Positions 9,695-19,598 of a DNA stretch of 64,000 nt are shown piece by piece. The notes beneath the pieces are model-generated. The model searched no databases. It saw only the letters and a list, made by a program, of their open reading frames with translations, and was not told the origin of the DNA. The DNA is taken from positions 1 to 64,000 of the forward strand of contig CAJWLU010000003.1 of NCBI GenBank assembly GCA_913043225.1. Direction: 5' to 3'. Position numbers and translations under genes: made by a program. Source of the stretch: an uncultured Acidobacteriota bacterium (lineage in GTDB: Bacteria > Acidobacteriota > Vicinamibacteria > Vicinamibacterales > UBA8438). Numbering within the stretch: position 1 is the stretch's first letter; each line of letters opens with the position of its first letter.

Positions 9695-11776
9695 GTGACT
9701 CGATTATCTCAGGCCCTCCTTGCCGTTGCGATGCTCGCCCTACCCGTTGTTGGCGGGTGGACGGTCGGGGCTGTGCCCCAACGCGCCAGCGACGAGCAGC
9801 TCCGGAACGCGGCTGATGACAACGCGAACTGGCTGATGTATGGGCGGACGTACGACGAGCAACGGTTCAGCCCTCTCCAGCAGATTAACGAGGATACGGT
9901 CCGCCGACTTGGCCTGGTCTGGAGCCGTGAGCTGCCTACGACCCGAGGCGTCGAGGCCACACCAGTCGTCGTCGACGGTGTCATCTACACGACGGGGCCG
10001 TGGAGCATCGTCTACGCGTTCGACGCGAAGACGGGCGACCGCCTGTGGACTTATGACCCCGACTCCGATCGCACCAGAGCCAGGCTCATCTGCTGCGACG
10101 TTGTGAACCGGGGCGTTGCTTTCTATGAGAACCGCGTCTATGTCGGGACCACCGACGGTCGGCTGATCGCCGTTGACGCCGCCACCGGCGTCCAGGTGTG
10201 GGAAACGCTGACGATCGACTTGGACAAGCCGCTCGCCATTACCGGGGCCCCCAGAATCGCCAACGGCTTGGTCGTCATTGGCAACGCGGGGGCCTAGTAC
10301 GGCGTGCGTGGATATGTCTCTGCGTACGACGCAGAGACCGGCGGACTGGTGTGGCGAACGTACACCGTTCCTGGAAATCCGGCAGAAGGGTTCGAGAACG
10401 CGTCGATGCAGCGCGCCGCAGAAGCCTGGACCGGTGAATGGTGGCTGGCCGGTGGTGGGGGCACCGTGTGGGACGCGATCGTCTTCGACCCCGAGCTTGA
10501 TCTCGTGTACGTAGGCACAGGAAATGCCGACCCCTGGTATCGCGATCTCCGCGGTCGAGGTGGCGACAACCTCTACGCCACCTCCATCCTCGCCCTGCAC
10601 GCTGCTACCGGCGAATACGCGTGGCACTTCCAGCTAGTACCTGGCGACCACTGGGACTACGATGCTACCCAGCCGCTGATGCTGGCAGATCTTGAGATCG
10701 ACGGACGTCAGCGGCGTGTGATCATGCAAGCGTCGAAGAATGCCTTTTTCTACGTGCTGGATGCTGCCACCGGAGAATTTCTTTCCGGGACGCCGTATGC
10801 GCAGATGACCTGGGCGACCGGTATCGACTCTGAGACCGGTCGGCCGGTCGTAGCAACAGCGGCGTACGATGGTATGGAACCGGTGATCGTGACCCCGGAT
10901 CCTGGTGGGGCACACAACTGGTATCCGATGGCCTTTCATCCGACGACCGGGCTGGTCTATCTACCGGTGAAGGATGGCATGTTCTTCATCCATCCGCCCG
11001 ACCCTGAATGGCAACCGGGCAAGAGAGCCTTTAATGCTGGGATCGAACCCGGCTATGACGGTTCACTCCTGGAACAGCTATTGCTCAAGCCTCCCGCTCA
11101 AGGCAGGCTCGTGGCGTGGAACCCCGTGGCAGGGCGCGCAGACTGGACCGTTGATTTCCCGGTGGCCGAGAGTGGTGGCGTACTAGCCACGGCAGGCGGT
11201 CTCGTTTTCCAGGGACGTGCGGACGGGATCTTTGCGGCCTACCGCGCAACGGATGGCGACGTGTTGTGGGAGTTTGACGCGGGCACCGGGATCATGGCGC
11301 CTCCTGTTAGCTACCTCGTTGACGGCGTGCAACACATCACGCTTATGGTGGGATGGGGTGGAGCGCCCGGACTGATCAATCCGCCTGGAATGGGTCCCGT
11401 CAAGCCTGGTTATGGGCGCGTCTTAACCTTTGCGCTCGACGGCAACGCGTCGATGGAACCGAGGCCCTTTGGCCATACGGAGCCGCCTGTGCCGGCGCTC
11501 CCCGTAGAGGCATCCGCCGCGACCATTCGCGACGGACGAGAACTCTACGAGGGACTGTGTTTTGGGTGCCACGGTTTCGGTGCCATCGCCGGATCACTTC
11601 CAGATCTTCGATGCTCGTCTGCGAATGTGCATGCCCAGTTCGAGCAGATCGTCCTCGGCGGGCTGCGCGAGCAACGTGGGATGCCGAGATTCGACGACCT
11701 CATCGATGCCGAAGATGTCCGGGCGATCCAGCAATACATCCTGGAGAGATCCCACGCGAGCTCAGATGTCCCCTGA
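9695..11776 (+). pseudogene. PQQ/heme c quinohemoprotein alcohol dehydrogenase (type II) interrupted by an in-frame TAG at 10295-10297
   Basis: NWLMYGRTYDEQRFSPL, vicinal CCDVVNRG, GNAGA*YGVRGYVSAYD, WDYD, C-terminal CFGCH; ORFs 9695-10297 and 10304-11776 share a frame. Confidence 0.88.
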
Positions 11777-12011
11777 GAACTAATTTGCGCCGCGCTCGAT
11801 ACCGAGAAGGCGAAGTCCGACTTCACGCCGGTCGTCGACGCCATCGGCCTCGGTGGTCAGTCCACCCCCAAACCACATCCCGCTATTGGGGCGGGTATTC
11901 GGTGTAGCGCTGAGGTGTGCGCCTTCTTGGCGCTTGGGTGCTCCAACTTCAACGCCTCTGCTCGTGCCGAACTGGTAGGATCCCGCCCCGACCAGATCCA
12001 AGGAGGGCTCG

Positions 12012-13550
12012 ATGGTGAACGACACGAAGCGCGCCGGGTTTCTCGACCGGTTCCTGAACACGATCGAGGTGGTCGGCAATAGGCTACCTGACCCGGCCGT
12101 CTTGTTCTTGGTCCTGATGGCGTCTGTCTGGGTCCTGTCCTGGCCCCTCTCGAACGTCGATTTCGGGGCACAGCACCCGGCGACGGGCGAGGCGATCCAC
12201 GTACTGAACCAGTTCAGTCTGCCCGGTCTGGCCAATCTGCTCTCTACGATGGTCAACACGTTCGTGACCTTCCCTCCATTGGGGGTGGTTCTGGTAGCGC
12301 TCTTGGGCATCGGCGTGGCGGAGCACACTGGGTTCATCGGCGCCCTGATCAAGACCGTGCTGCGCTTCACCCCGCAGAGGTTCCTCACCCCGGTGCTGAT
12401 CCTGGTTGGCGTCGCTAGCCACTACGCGGTCGACGCCGGTTATGTGCTAGTCATTCCACTGGGCGGCGTGATCTTCTACGCGGCGGGCAGGCACCCCTTG
12501 GCCGGGATCGCAGCCGCGTTTGCCGGCGTGTCAGGCGGCTTCTCGGCCAATTTTTTGATTCCCAGTGGGCTCGACCCTTTGCTACAAGGGTTCACCCTGT
12601 CGGCTGCCCAGTTGCTCGACCCGGAGGCACAGGTCAGCATCGTCAACAACAATGTCTTCACGGCGGCGTCGACCGTTCTGATTACCATCATCGGTTGGTT
12701 CATCACCGACAAGATCATCGAGCCGCGTGTGAGCGGTCACACCATCGACGGGGACCCCGAGCAGATGCCCAAGATGGAGGAGGTGACCGCCGCCGAGCAG
12801 CGGGGTATGGTCGCGGGCATCGTCACCGCGCTCTTTGGAGCAGTGGCCTTGATCTTGTGGGCGGTGCCGACGGACTCGGCGTTGCGTTTCGAAGAGCAGA
12901 TCACTTCCTTCCAGGCGCCGCTGATGCAGTCGATCGTGCCGCTGATCTTCCTCTTCTTCCTGCTCCCTGGCGTCGTCCATGGGTACGTCTCGGGTTCGGT
13001 CACCTCGCATCGAGACATCGTCAAGGGTATGTCGAAGTCGATGGAGACCATGGGCTACTACCTGGTCTTGGCCTTCTTCTGCTCGCTGTTCATCTGGATG
13101 TTCGGGCAGTCAAACATCGGCATCCTGCTGGCTGTCAAGGGCGCCGATGCACTTAGAGAGTTCGCCCTGCCCGGCCCAGTGACGATCGTCGGCATCGTTC
13201 TCTTGGTGGGCTTCGTGAACCTTCTGGTCGGCTCCGCGTCGGCCAAGTGGGGGCTGATCGCGCCGGTGGTGGTGCCGATGTTGATGCAACTGGGCATTTC
13301 CCCGGACCTCACGCAGGCCGCCTACCGCGTCGGCGATTCGTCAACCAACATCATCACGCCTCTCATGCCGTACTTCCCGCTGGTCGTGGTTTTCTGCCAG
13401 CGCTACGTGAAGAACACAGGTATTGGTACGCTGGTCTCGCTCATGCTGCCGTATAGCATCGCGTTGCTCCTGGTGTGGTCGGTGCTGCTGGTCGTGTTCT
13501 GGGTCAGCGGTATTCCCCTGGGTTCGCAGTCCAGCTACGTGTATCCGTAG
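12012..13550 (+). CDS. abgT: AbgT-family transporter
   Basis: IEVVGNRLPDPAVLF, GRHPLAGIAAAFAGVSGGFSAN, YRVGDSSTNIITPLMPY; AAGGAGG RBS. Confidence 0.92.
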   Translation: MVNDTKRAGFLDRFLNTIEVVGNRLPDPAVLFLVLMASVWVLSWPLSNVDFGAQHPATGEAIHVLNQFSLPGLANLLSTMVNTFVTFPPLGVVLVALLGIGVAEHTGFIGALIKTVLRFTPQRFLTPVLILVGVASHYAVDAGYVLVIPLGGVIFYAAGRHPLAGIAAAFAGVSGGFSANFLIPSGLDPLLQGFTLSAAQLLDPEAQVSIVNNNVFTAASTVLITIIGWFITDKIIEPRVSGHTIDGDPEQMPKMEEVTAAEQRGMVAGIVTALFGAVALILWAVPTDSALRFEEQITSFQAPLMQSIVPLIFLFFLLPGVVHGYVSGSVTSHRDIVKGMSKSMETMGYYLVLAFFCSLFIWMFGQSNIGILLAVKGADALREFALPGPVTIVGIVLLVGFVNLLVGSASAKWGLIAPVVVPMLMQLGISPDLTQAAYRVGDSSTNIITPLMPYFPLVVVFCQRYVKNTGIGTLVSLMLPYSIALLLVWSVLLVVFWVSGIPLGSQSSYVYP

Positions 13551-13581
13551 CGGCCCCGACGTCCTGACGTCGCGGGCGCTA

Positions 13582-13606
13582 CGGGGGGACGGGTTGCTGC
13601 CCCCCG
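13582..13606. terminator. GC hairpin between convergent genes (possible bidirectional terminator)
   Basis: CGGGGGG-11 nt-CCCCCCG; no U-tract, so uncertain. Confidence 0.35.
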
Positions 13607-13609
13607 CTG

Positions 13610-13628
13610 ACCGGAGGGTTGCTGGTTC
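13610..13628 (+). repeat. att-like copy of tRNA-Asn interior
   Basis: Identical to 5532-5550. Confidence 0.8.
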
Positions 13629-13639
13629 CCGAGCGCACG

Positions 13640-15463
13640 CTACGGGAGCGCGAATGTCAGGATCGAGCCGGTCGCAATCACCGTCACGTACTGGGTGCCG
13701 TTCACCTCGTAGGTCAAGGGGCTCGACTGGATGGTGCTCTCCGCCATGTAGTGGAACAACTGTCCGCCCGTCTCGGCGTGGAACCCGTAGAGGCCCCCGT
13801 CCTCGGTACCTTGAAAGACGACATCGCCAGCCGTGACGACGCTTCCGCTAGAGGCGCCGAAGGTCACCGAGGGCAGGATCTGCTGCCACATCTCTTCGCC
13901 ACTGGCCGGTTCGTAGGCCGTCAGGGTCGTCGTTCTCGGGAACTCGGGGACCCGGTTGAGCTCATCGATGTCGAAGCCCGGCACATGGCCGCCGCCCTGT
14001 CCGAACTCCAGGCCTTCGCCGACCGGCTTTACGAGGAGCGACACGCCGGCGTTCTTGCCGGTGACATAGAGCAGGCCGGTTCGCGGGCTAAAGGAGGGCG
14101 CGCCAAAGCTCGAACCGCCGTGCGCGACGAGAAAGTGCTCGTCAGTGGCATAGGGCCAGTACATCGGTCGGGCCTTAGCCCGAAGCTCGGGGTCGTCGAA
14201 GTGGAGATACGTCGCGCAGAACGGCGTCATCTGGACGCCACGGGCGTTGTAGGGAATTGGCTGGGTCGGGTAGACCACCTCCCCCGGCACGTTCGATCGG
14301 ATCTCCACCGGGGTTTCGACCATCGGGTTGATTGGCTCTCCGGTGTCGCGGTGCCACATGTACAGGAGGCAGTTCTTGCCAGCCGCGGCAATTCCCTTGA
14401 TCGTCTCGCCGTTGGCATCGGTCACGTCGAATAGGGTCGGGCCGGTGATGTTGTCCCAGTCCCACAGATCGTGGTGGATCGTCTGGTAATACCAGCGGAG
14501 CGCGCCCGTTTCGAGATCCAGCGCGATCGTCGAGTTGGTGAACAGGTTCTTCCCGGCTCGTGCCGAGCCGTCGTAGGGAGGCATCGGGTTCGCAGCGTTG
14601 ACATACACCAGGCCAAGCTCGGCGTCGATGGCCGGCTGTGTCCAGATGCCGCCCCCGGCGCGTTTACCGTAGCCCCAGGTCGGGTCGGCAATCTCGAAGC
14701 CCTCATCCTGCGGCCGCTGCGGGACCGTGTTGAACACCCACTTGATCGCACCGGTGTCGGCGTCGGCTGCGACGACGAGGCCACCCGGGATGTTGCCCTC
14801 GGAGATCGCCGAGCCGACATAGAGCGTCCCGTCGTGGTACGCCGGTGAACTGTTGATGCGGTAGCGCATCGATAAGGCATCGAATCCGGGAGGATAGGTG
14901 TCCGGATACTTGTGTTGGAGGGCCAAGCTCAGCACCGGCAGGATGCCGTCGTCGCCGAACTCTTCGACGAGCTCGCCGGTTTCGGTATCGGTCGCCACCA
15001 ACTGATCGCCATGGTAGGAGTAGATGCGACCGTCGACGTGCAGCGGACCGCGCACGGTGCCGCCGGTCATCCCCTCGACCTCGGTGGTCCAGACCGACTC
15101 GCCCGTGACCGCGTTGAGCGCCAGCACGGAGTCCCGGCCGTGCAGATACATCACGCCATCGACGACCAGCGGCGTGACTTGTCTTACGTTGATGGTGCTC
15201 GGCACGTCGAACGTCCACAGACGCTCGAGCTGACCCACGTTCGTCGTGTCGATCTGGTCGAGCTCCGAGAACCGCTGGTTGTAGCGATCGAGGTTGTTGC
15301 TTTCCCAGTTGGTCTGGCTCTGGCCGGCGATGATCGAGGGCGGATTACCCCCGGTAGTGATGCGTGCCTGCGCGTCTGCCGTGGTCGGGTACAGCCCGAC
15401 GATGGTCGTGAGGGCGAGCATTGCCAGCGCTCGATAAAGCGGCAAGTTCTTGGATGGTCGCAT
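13640..15463 (-). CDS. Secreted PQQ-dependent dehydrogenase-like beta-propeller protein
   Basis: Signal peptide, RFSELDQIDTTNV, TPLVVDGVMY, HHDLWDWD, SSPLTYEVNGTQYV; start chosen at ATG 15463. Confidence 0.88.
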   Translation of the reverse strand: MRPSKNLPLYRALAMLALTTIVGLYPTTADAQARITTGGNPPSIIAGQSQTNWESNNLDRYNQRFSELDQIDTTNVGQLERLWTFDVPSTINVRQVTPLVVDGVMYLHGRDSVLALNAVTGESVWTTEVEGMTGGTVRGPLHVDGRIYSYHGDQLVATDTETGELVEEFGDDGILPVLSLALQHKYPDTYPPGFDALSMRYRINSSPAYHDGTLYVGSAISEGNIPGGLVVAADADTGAIKWVFNTVPQRPQDEGFEIADPTWGYGKRAGGGIWTQPAIDAELGLVYVNAANPMPPYDGSARAGKNLFTNSTIALDLETGALRWYYQTIHHDLWDWDNITGPTLFDVTDANGETIKGIAAAGKNCLLYMWHRDTGEPINPMVETPVEIRSNVPGEVVYPTQPIPYNARGVQMTPFCATYLHFDDPELRAKARPMYWPYATDEHFLVAHGGSSFGAPSFSPRTGLLYVTGKNAGVSLLVKPVGEGLEFGQGGGHVPGFDIDELNRVPEFPRTTTLTAYEPASGEEMWQQILPSVTFGASSGSVVTAGDVVFQGTEDGGLYGFHAETGGQLFHYMAESTIQSSPLTYEVNGTQYVTVIATGSILTFALP

Positions 15464-15512
15464 GGTCTCTGTCCTTGGCGTTACGTCTGAAGACGTCGGT
15501 CGGATGATCATG

Positions 15513-16556
15513 TCACTTGAGTTCGTCGGTGCGAGCTCCGAGCAGGATATTCAGGAGGCCGTAGTTTCCCTCGTGACAGGCGTACTCGAAGAGCGGTTCG
15601 TTGATGCGTTGCATCGGGTACGAGACCGTGAAGTCTTGCGTGAAGATGGTCGGGTCGTCGACCGTGTACTCGTATTGCAGCGTGTCGTCGTCGAGCCGTC
15701 GGAAGCGCTCGGTGAGCGTCATGGTCGAGCCGGTCCCGATCGCGACCCTGGAAGAAGGCTCGTAGCTGGCCCTTAGGTCGCTTAGGTTCGTCGTCACTAC
15801 GACCAGCGTGTCGCCATCCCAGTGCCCTCGCGATTGCCCGGCCCATTGCTGGATCTTGTCGGAGATCTGGGGACGGTCGTCGAGTGGGACGATCCGGGCG
15901 TCGTGCACCATCTCGTTGTAGAGAACCACGGTATCCGGCGTCTGGAACAGCTGCATGTAGTTGTTGTAGCCGCCCTGGATCATTGGAGGGCCGGAGTTGA
16001 AGCCGACAAGGCACCGTTCGGCGAGCCCCCGGTCTTCGGGGTGGTCGACGCCAGCACCCACGGTCCGTACCCGTACGGGCCGGTTCATCGGCAGGTCCTC
16101 GAACGGGGAGCCGATCTGATGCAGCGATTCACCCCGAGGGGTCAGCGCGGGGAGTCGGCCATCGGGCGGATCGATGATCAGCGACGTCTGGTTCCCGGCC
16201 ACATTGGTGCCGCGGTCGAACCAGAACTCGTTGTACCCGCCCACCGCTTGGCCACCGGCGGCGCCCTCGCCGCCTGCCGGTAACGGCTCGGTGCGTACTT
16301 CGCTGGGCGCGAGCCCAACGTTGCGACGTTCGGTCGCTCCCGTCTCGATTTCGGCGGCCTCTTCCTCGGTCAGGAACGCGCGATCGGAGAGATCCTCGGG
16401 ACGCTCCAGCGGCGTTACCGTCCTAAAATCCCACACGCCTTGTAGGTCAGGTCGACCATCAGGCGTTCTGGGCTGCGACCCTGTCTGGCCGGCCGCGGTC
16501 AGGGGTAGTGCTAACGCGAGTGCGACCGTCACCCTGGCAAGAACGCGAAACGTCAT
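15513..16556 (-). CDS. Secreted uncharacterised 'EYACHEGN'-type protein
   Basis: Signal peptide, PRTPDGRPDLQGVW, DPPDGRLP, ERC, SRGHWDGDTLVV, FEYACHEGNY; GAAGGAGG RBS. Confidence 0.8.
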   Translation of the reverse strand: MTFRVLARVTVALALALPLTAAGQTGSQPRTPDGRPDLQGVWDFRTVTPLERPEDLSDRAFLTEEEAAEIETGATERRNVGLAPSEVRTEPLPAGGEGAAGGQAVGGYNEFWFDRGTNVAGNQTSLIIDPPDGRLPALTPRGESLHQIGSPFEDLPMNRPVRVRTVGAGVDHPEDRGLAERCLVGFNSGPPMIQGGYNNYMQLFQTPDTVVLYNEMVHDARIVPLDDRPQISDKIQQWAGQSRGHWDGDTLVVVTTNLSDLRASYEPSSRVAIGTGSTMTLTERFRRLDDDTLQYEYTVDDPTIFTQDFTVSYPMQRINEPLFEYACHEGNYGLLNILLGARTDELK

Positions 16557-16702
16557 GAGAACCTCCTTCGATACGATACCTTGAAGGAGAGCGCGCCGGC
16601 CGCCGTTGAGATCTTGGCCAGTAGGTTTCGAGTAGCGCCATCCTGCGCATCGAACCCGTGCCGGGGTCGTCGTCTGCGGGCTCTCCTACGGCGGTTACTG
16701 GC

Positions 16703-18610
16703 TCAATTCGTCGGTAGGGCGAAGGCGATGATCTCGTCGTTGGTGACGTCTGACCCGGTCAGCCCTCCACCCGTGCTGATGATGGTCACGAACTGTCGGC
16801 CATCCTCACCGAGGTAGGTGATCGGCGTCGCCTGAATCGATGACGGGAGCCGGAGTTCCCAGAGCTGCTCGCCGGTCGCAGTGGCGAAGGCGCGGAAGCG
16901 GAAGTCGTCGGTTCCGCCCACGAAGGTGAGTCCGCTTGCGGTCAGGATGACGCCGCCGGTGCTGGGGCGGCCGGTGTCCCGCATCCCGGAGGGGAGCATG
17001 TCGGACACTCCCAGGGTCTTGCGGTAGGCGATATCGCCCGTGGACATGTCCACCGCGACCAGCTCGCCCCAGGGCGTCGGCCCGCATGGGAGCTTCCGGT
17101 CAGCGTCGCCGAAACGACGCAGTCCCGCCAACGAGCCGGAGTTGAACCAGGTGCCGTTGGGCCGCTGAACCAGTTGCATCGGCTGAAACAGATTCGTGAC
17201 GTTGGAGATGAACAGTCCCAGGTCAGGGTCGTAGGCCGGGCCCCAGTAGTTGATGCCGCCGGCTGGCCCCGGAGGCGAGATGCTGTAGCGGTTGACGGCA
17301 ATCGGCATGTAGGGGCCGCCCAGCTTCATGTCGTTGTCGTCGACCATCCGTTCACAGTAGGCCTGGTGTTCCGGCTCGCCCGTGTAAAGGTTGTCGCGGG
17401 AGATGGTCATCTGCGCCAGCGGTTCCGGTTTGACCGGGAACGGCTGGGTGGGTGACGCGAGCTCGCCGGCGAGGTCGCTCGGCGGTACCGGGCGCTCCTC
17501 GATGGGGATGATCGGTTCCCCGGTGACGCGATTGAGTGTAAAGAGGAGTCCCGACTTGTTGACCGCGAGGAGGGCTGGGATGGTTTCCCCATTCCGTTCC
17601 AGGTCAACCACCAGCGGCGCCGACTGCGCGTCGTAGTCCCAGATGTCGTGGTGCACGAACTGGAAATGCCAGAGGTACTCGCCGGTCTCGGCGTTGACGG
17701 CCACGATCGAGGAGGAGAATAGGTTGTCGCCGGGGCGATCGACACCGACCCGGTCGTCGTTCGGGGCGCCAATCGGCATGTAGAGGATGCCGCGCTCGGC
17801 GTCGAGCGACATGTAGCCCCAGACGTTGACGCCTGACCGGTCTCTCGCGCTGTCTCCGGCCCAGGAGTCGTAGCCGAACTCGTCTGGCCTCGGTACCGTG
17901 TGAAATGTCCAGACCAAATCGCCTGTCCGCGCATCCCAGGCGCGCGTGTCTCCGGCCGGTCCCGTGCCGTTCGGGAATCCGCGTCCCTCGCCGGTGCCGG
18001 CGCCAGTGATCACCAGGTTCTTGTAGACGGCTGGCGCCGAGAGCAGCGAGTAACTGGCGTCGGTGAACGATCGCATCACCTCCGAGGTCTTCAGGTCGAC
18101 TATGCCGTTATCGCCGAAGCCTGCGTTTAGGGTACCGTCGGCGGCCGTGATCGAATAGAGGGCGCCAGAGCTCGCCCCAAAGATGAGCGAGGGCGGGATG
18201 CTTCCGTCGCCCGGCCAGTAGGCGATACCGCGGCGTGATGGGAGCGCGCCGTCAGGCAGATCGAACCGCCAGTGTTCCTCGCCGGTGGTGGCATCTAGAG
18301 CGATGACGGAGCCGTAGGGCGAGCCCAGATACATCATGTCGCCGATGACCAGTGGAATCGACTGGTCTTCCCGCAGTCGTCCCTCGAACCCCTCCGGCTT
18401 GAGGTTGATGCTCCAGACCCGTTCGAGTGAGGTGACGTTCTCGGCCGTGATCTGGGTGAGCGGGCTGTACCGGTTGGCGCTCTGTACGTAGTTGGTGCTG
18501 GGCCAATCGGTCGGTCCGGGTCCCACGGTCTGGGCGGTCGCGTTGATACCGCTGATGACCATCGAGAACACGGTGGCGTGTGCGAGTGAGCGAAGGGCGC
18601 GATCGAGCAA
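16703..18610 (-). CDS. PQQ-dependent glucose/quinate dehydrogenase-like protein (soluble)
   Basis: RYSPLTQITAENV, RGIAYW, HHDIWDYD, PTPWGELVAVD; start set at TTG 18610 behind AAGGAG. Confidence 0.88.
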   Translation of the reverse strand: MLDRALRSLAHATVFSMVISGINATAQTVGPGPTDWPSTNYVQSANRYSPLTQITAENVTSLERVWSINLKPEGFEGRLREDQSIPLVIGDMMYLGSPYGSVIALDATTGEEHWRFDLPDGALPSRRGIAYWPGDGSIPPSLIFGASSGALYSITAADGTLNAGFGDNGIVDLKTSEVMRSFTDASYSLLSAPAVYKNLVITGAGTGEGRGFPNGTGPAGDTRAWDARTGDLVWTFHTVPRPDEFGYDSWAGDSARDRSGVNVWGYMSLDAERGILYMPIGAPNDDRVGVDRPGDNLFSSSIVAVNAETGEYLWHFQFVHHDIWDYDAQSAPLVVDLERNGETIPALLAVNKSGLLFTLNRVTGEPIIPIEERPVPPSDLAGELASPTQPFPVKPEPLAQMTISRDNLYTGEPEHQAYCERMVDDNDMKLGGPYMPIAVNRYSISPPGPAGGINYWGPAYDPDLGLFISNVTNLFQPMQLVQRPNGTWFNSGSLAGLRRFGDADRKLPCGPTPWGELVAVDMSTGDIAYRKTLGVSDMLPSGMRDTGRPSTGGVILTASGLTFVGGTDDFRFRAFATATGEQLWELRLPSSIQATPITYLGEDGRQFVTIISTGGGLTGSDVTNDEIIAFALPTN

Positions 18611-18720
18611 CAGAGTTCTCCTTGAGGACTTGGTGGAATACGGTCGCATTGTATGTTGACCGGCGACGTCGACACCGGTCTGTCGGGAACGCGGCCCAGT
18701 CCGAGGGCGTCCTATCAACC

Positions 18721-18924
18721 ATGGAGCTGTCGCGGGTGAAGCCGGTGGGCACGGTCGAGCGCCCGGCTGGTACGCCGGGCCGCCCGCGCCGCCATCCCCT
18801 GGGGGTGCGTATCGCGGCGGTGGTTGCCCTGGTCTCGTTCGTCACGGTGTCGATGGTGGCTACCGTCCTCAGTCTGGGCGCCTACTGCCTCACGTCAGGC
18901 ACTGGCCCGGTGGCACTCTTTTGA
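18721..18924 (+). CDS. Small single-pass membrane protein (putative)
   Basis: ATG 18721, basic N-terminus then one long hydrophobic helix. Confidence 0.4.
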   Translation: MELSRVKPVGTVERPAGTPGRPRRHPLGVRIAAVVALVSFVTVSMVATVLSLGAYCLTSGTGPVALF

Positions 18925-19112
18925 GACGGGAGTGGGAACGGAGCGTCCCGCTAGCCTCGTTCTAGAGGGAGTATGCCGTCTCCGGAGTATCTGGACGCCG
19001 TGGTTGTGTACTACTTCGCGGAGATGGGGAGGCTGCCCACGCCAGCGCGCAGTCGGACCTTCAGCGCGGGCCAGCGACGTCTCTGCAGCTATGATCGGGC
19101 GACAGGCCCGAT

Positions 19113-19538
19113 ATGACTAAGATCTGGCGTCGTCACGCCGCGCGAGCCGTGCTTACACTGATTGCCGTCTCGGCCGTGATGGCTGTTGCCGCTGCGCAGG
19201 CGGACCGGGCGTTCGTGTTCTCACGTGTGTGCAACGTGCTTCCCGGTGGAAAGGCAGAAGCCGATCGTCTGGCGAGGGACATGGTGACGCTTGTTAACGA
19301 GCGCTATCCCGGCGCCGAGTTGACCACGCAGACCGGACGATGGATGACCGGTTTTCAGTCACTCGAGGTTCCGGTGGACCAGATCCGTTTCACCGAGCAG
19401 CACCCAGACCAGACCAGCCGCGAAGACTTCAACATGATCCTCCTCGGTGACGAGGAGTTCGTGGCCTTGCAGCGCCGGGTGGCCGACGTCGTGGATGCCG
19501 CCACCTGTACCGAGTCTCGGTTCCGCGTTCCGTCCTAG
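19113..19538 (+). CDS. Secreted hypothetical protein
   Basis: Signal peptide ending AAAQA; host-like codon usage. Confidence 0.65.
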   Translation: MTKIWRRHAARAVLTLIAVSAVMAVAAAQADRAFVFSRVCNVLPGGKAEADRLARDMVTLVNERYPGAELTTQTGRWMTGFQSLEVPVDQIRFTEQHPDQTSREDFNMILLGDEEFVALQRRVADVVDAATCTESRFRVPS

Positions 19539-19598
19539 ATCCTTATCTAGGTAGCTGGGCAGTCCGGTGGTCCGAGCGTGGTCTTTACCTCATTCCAA

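Larger units (their letters stand above)
5532..13628. mobile_element. Putative decayed genomic island integrated at tRNA-Asn
   Basis: 19-bp direct repeat ACCGGAGGGTTGCTGGTTC at 5532-5550 (inside tRNA) and 13610-13628; recombinase remnant at left end; pseudogene and lower-GC cargo inside. Confidence 0.6.

Noticed and set aside
10295..10297. Pyrrolysine or genome-wide TAG recoding
   Set aside because: No pyl genes in the window, the conserved residue is Glu, and many genes here terminate properly at TAG.
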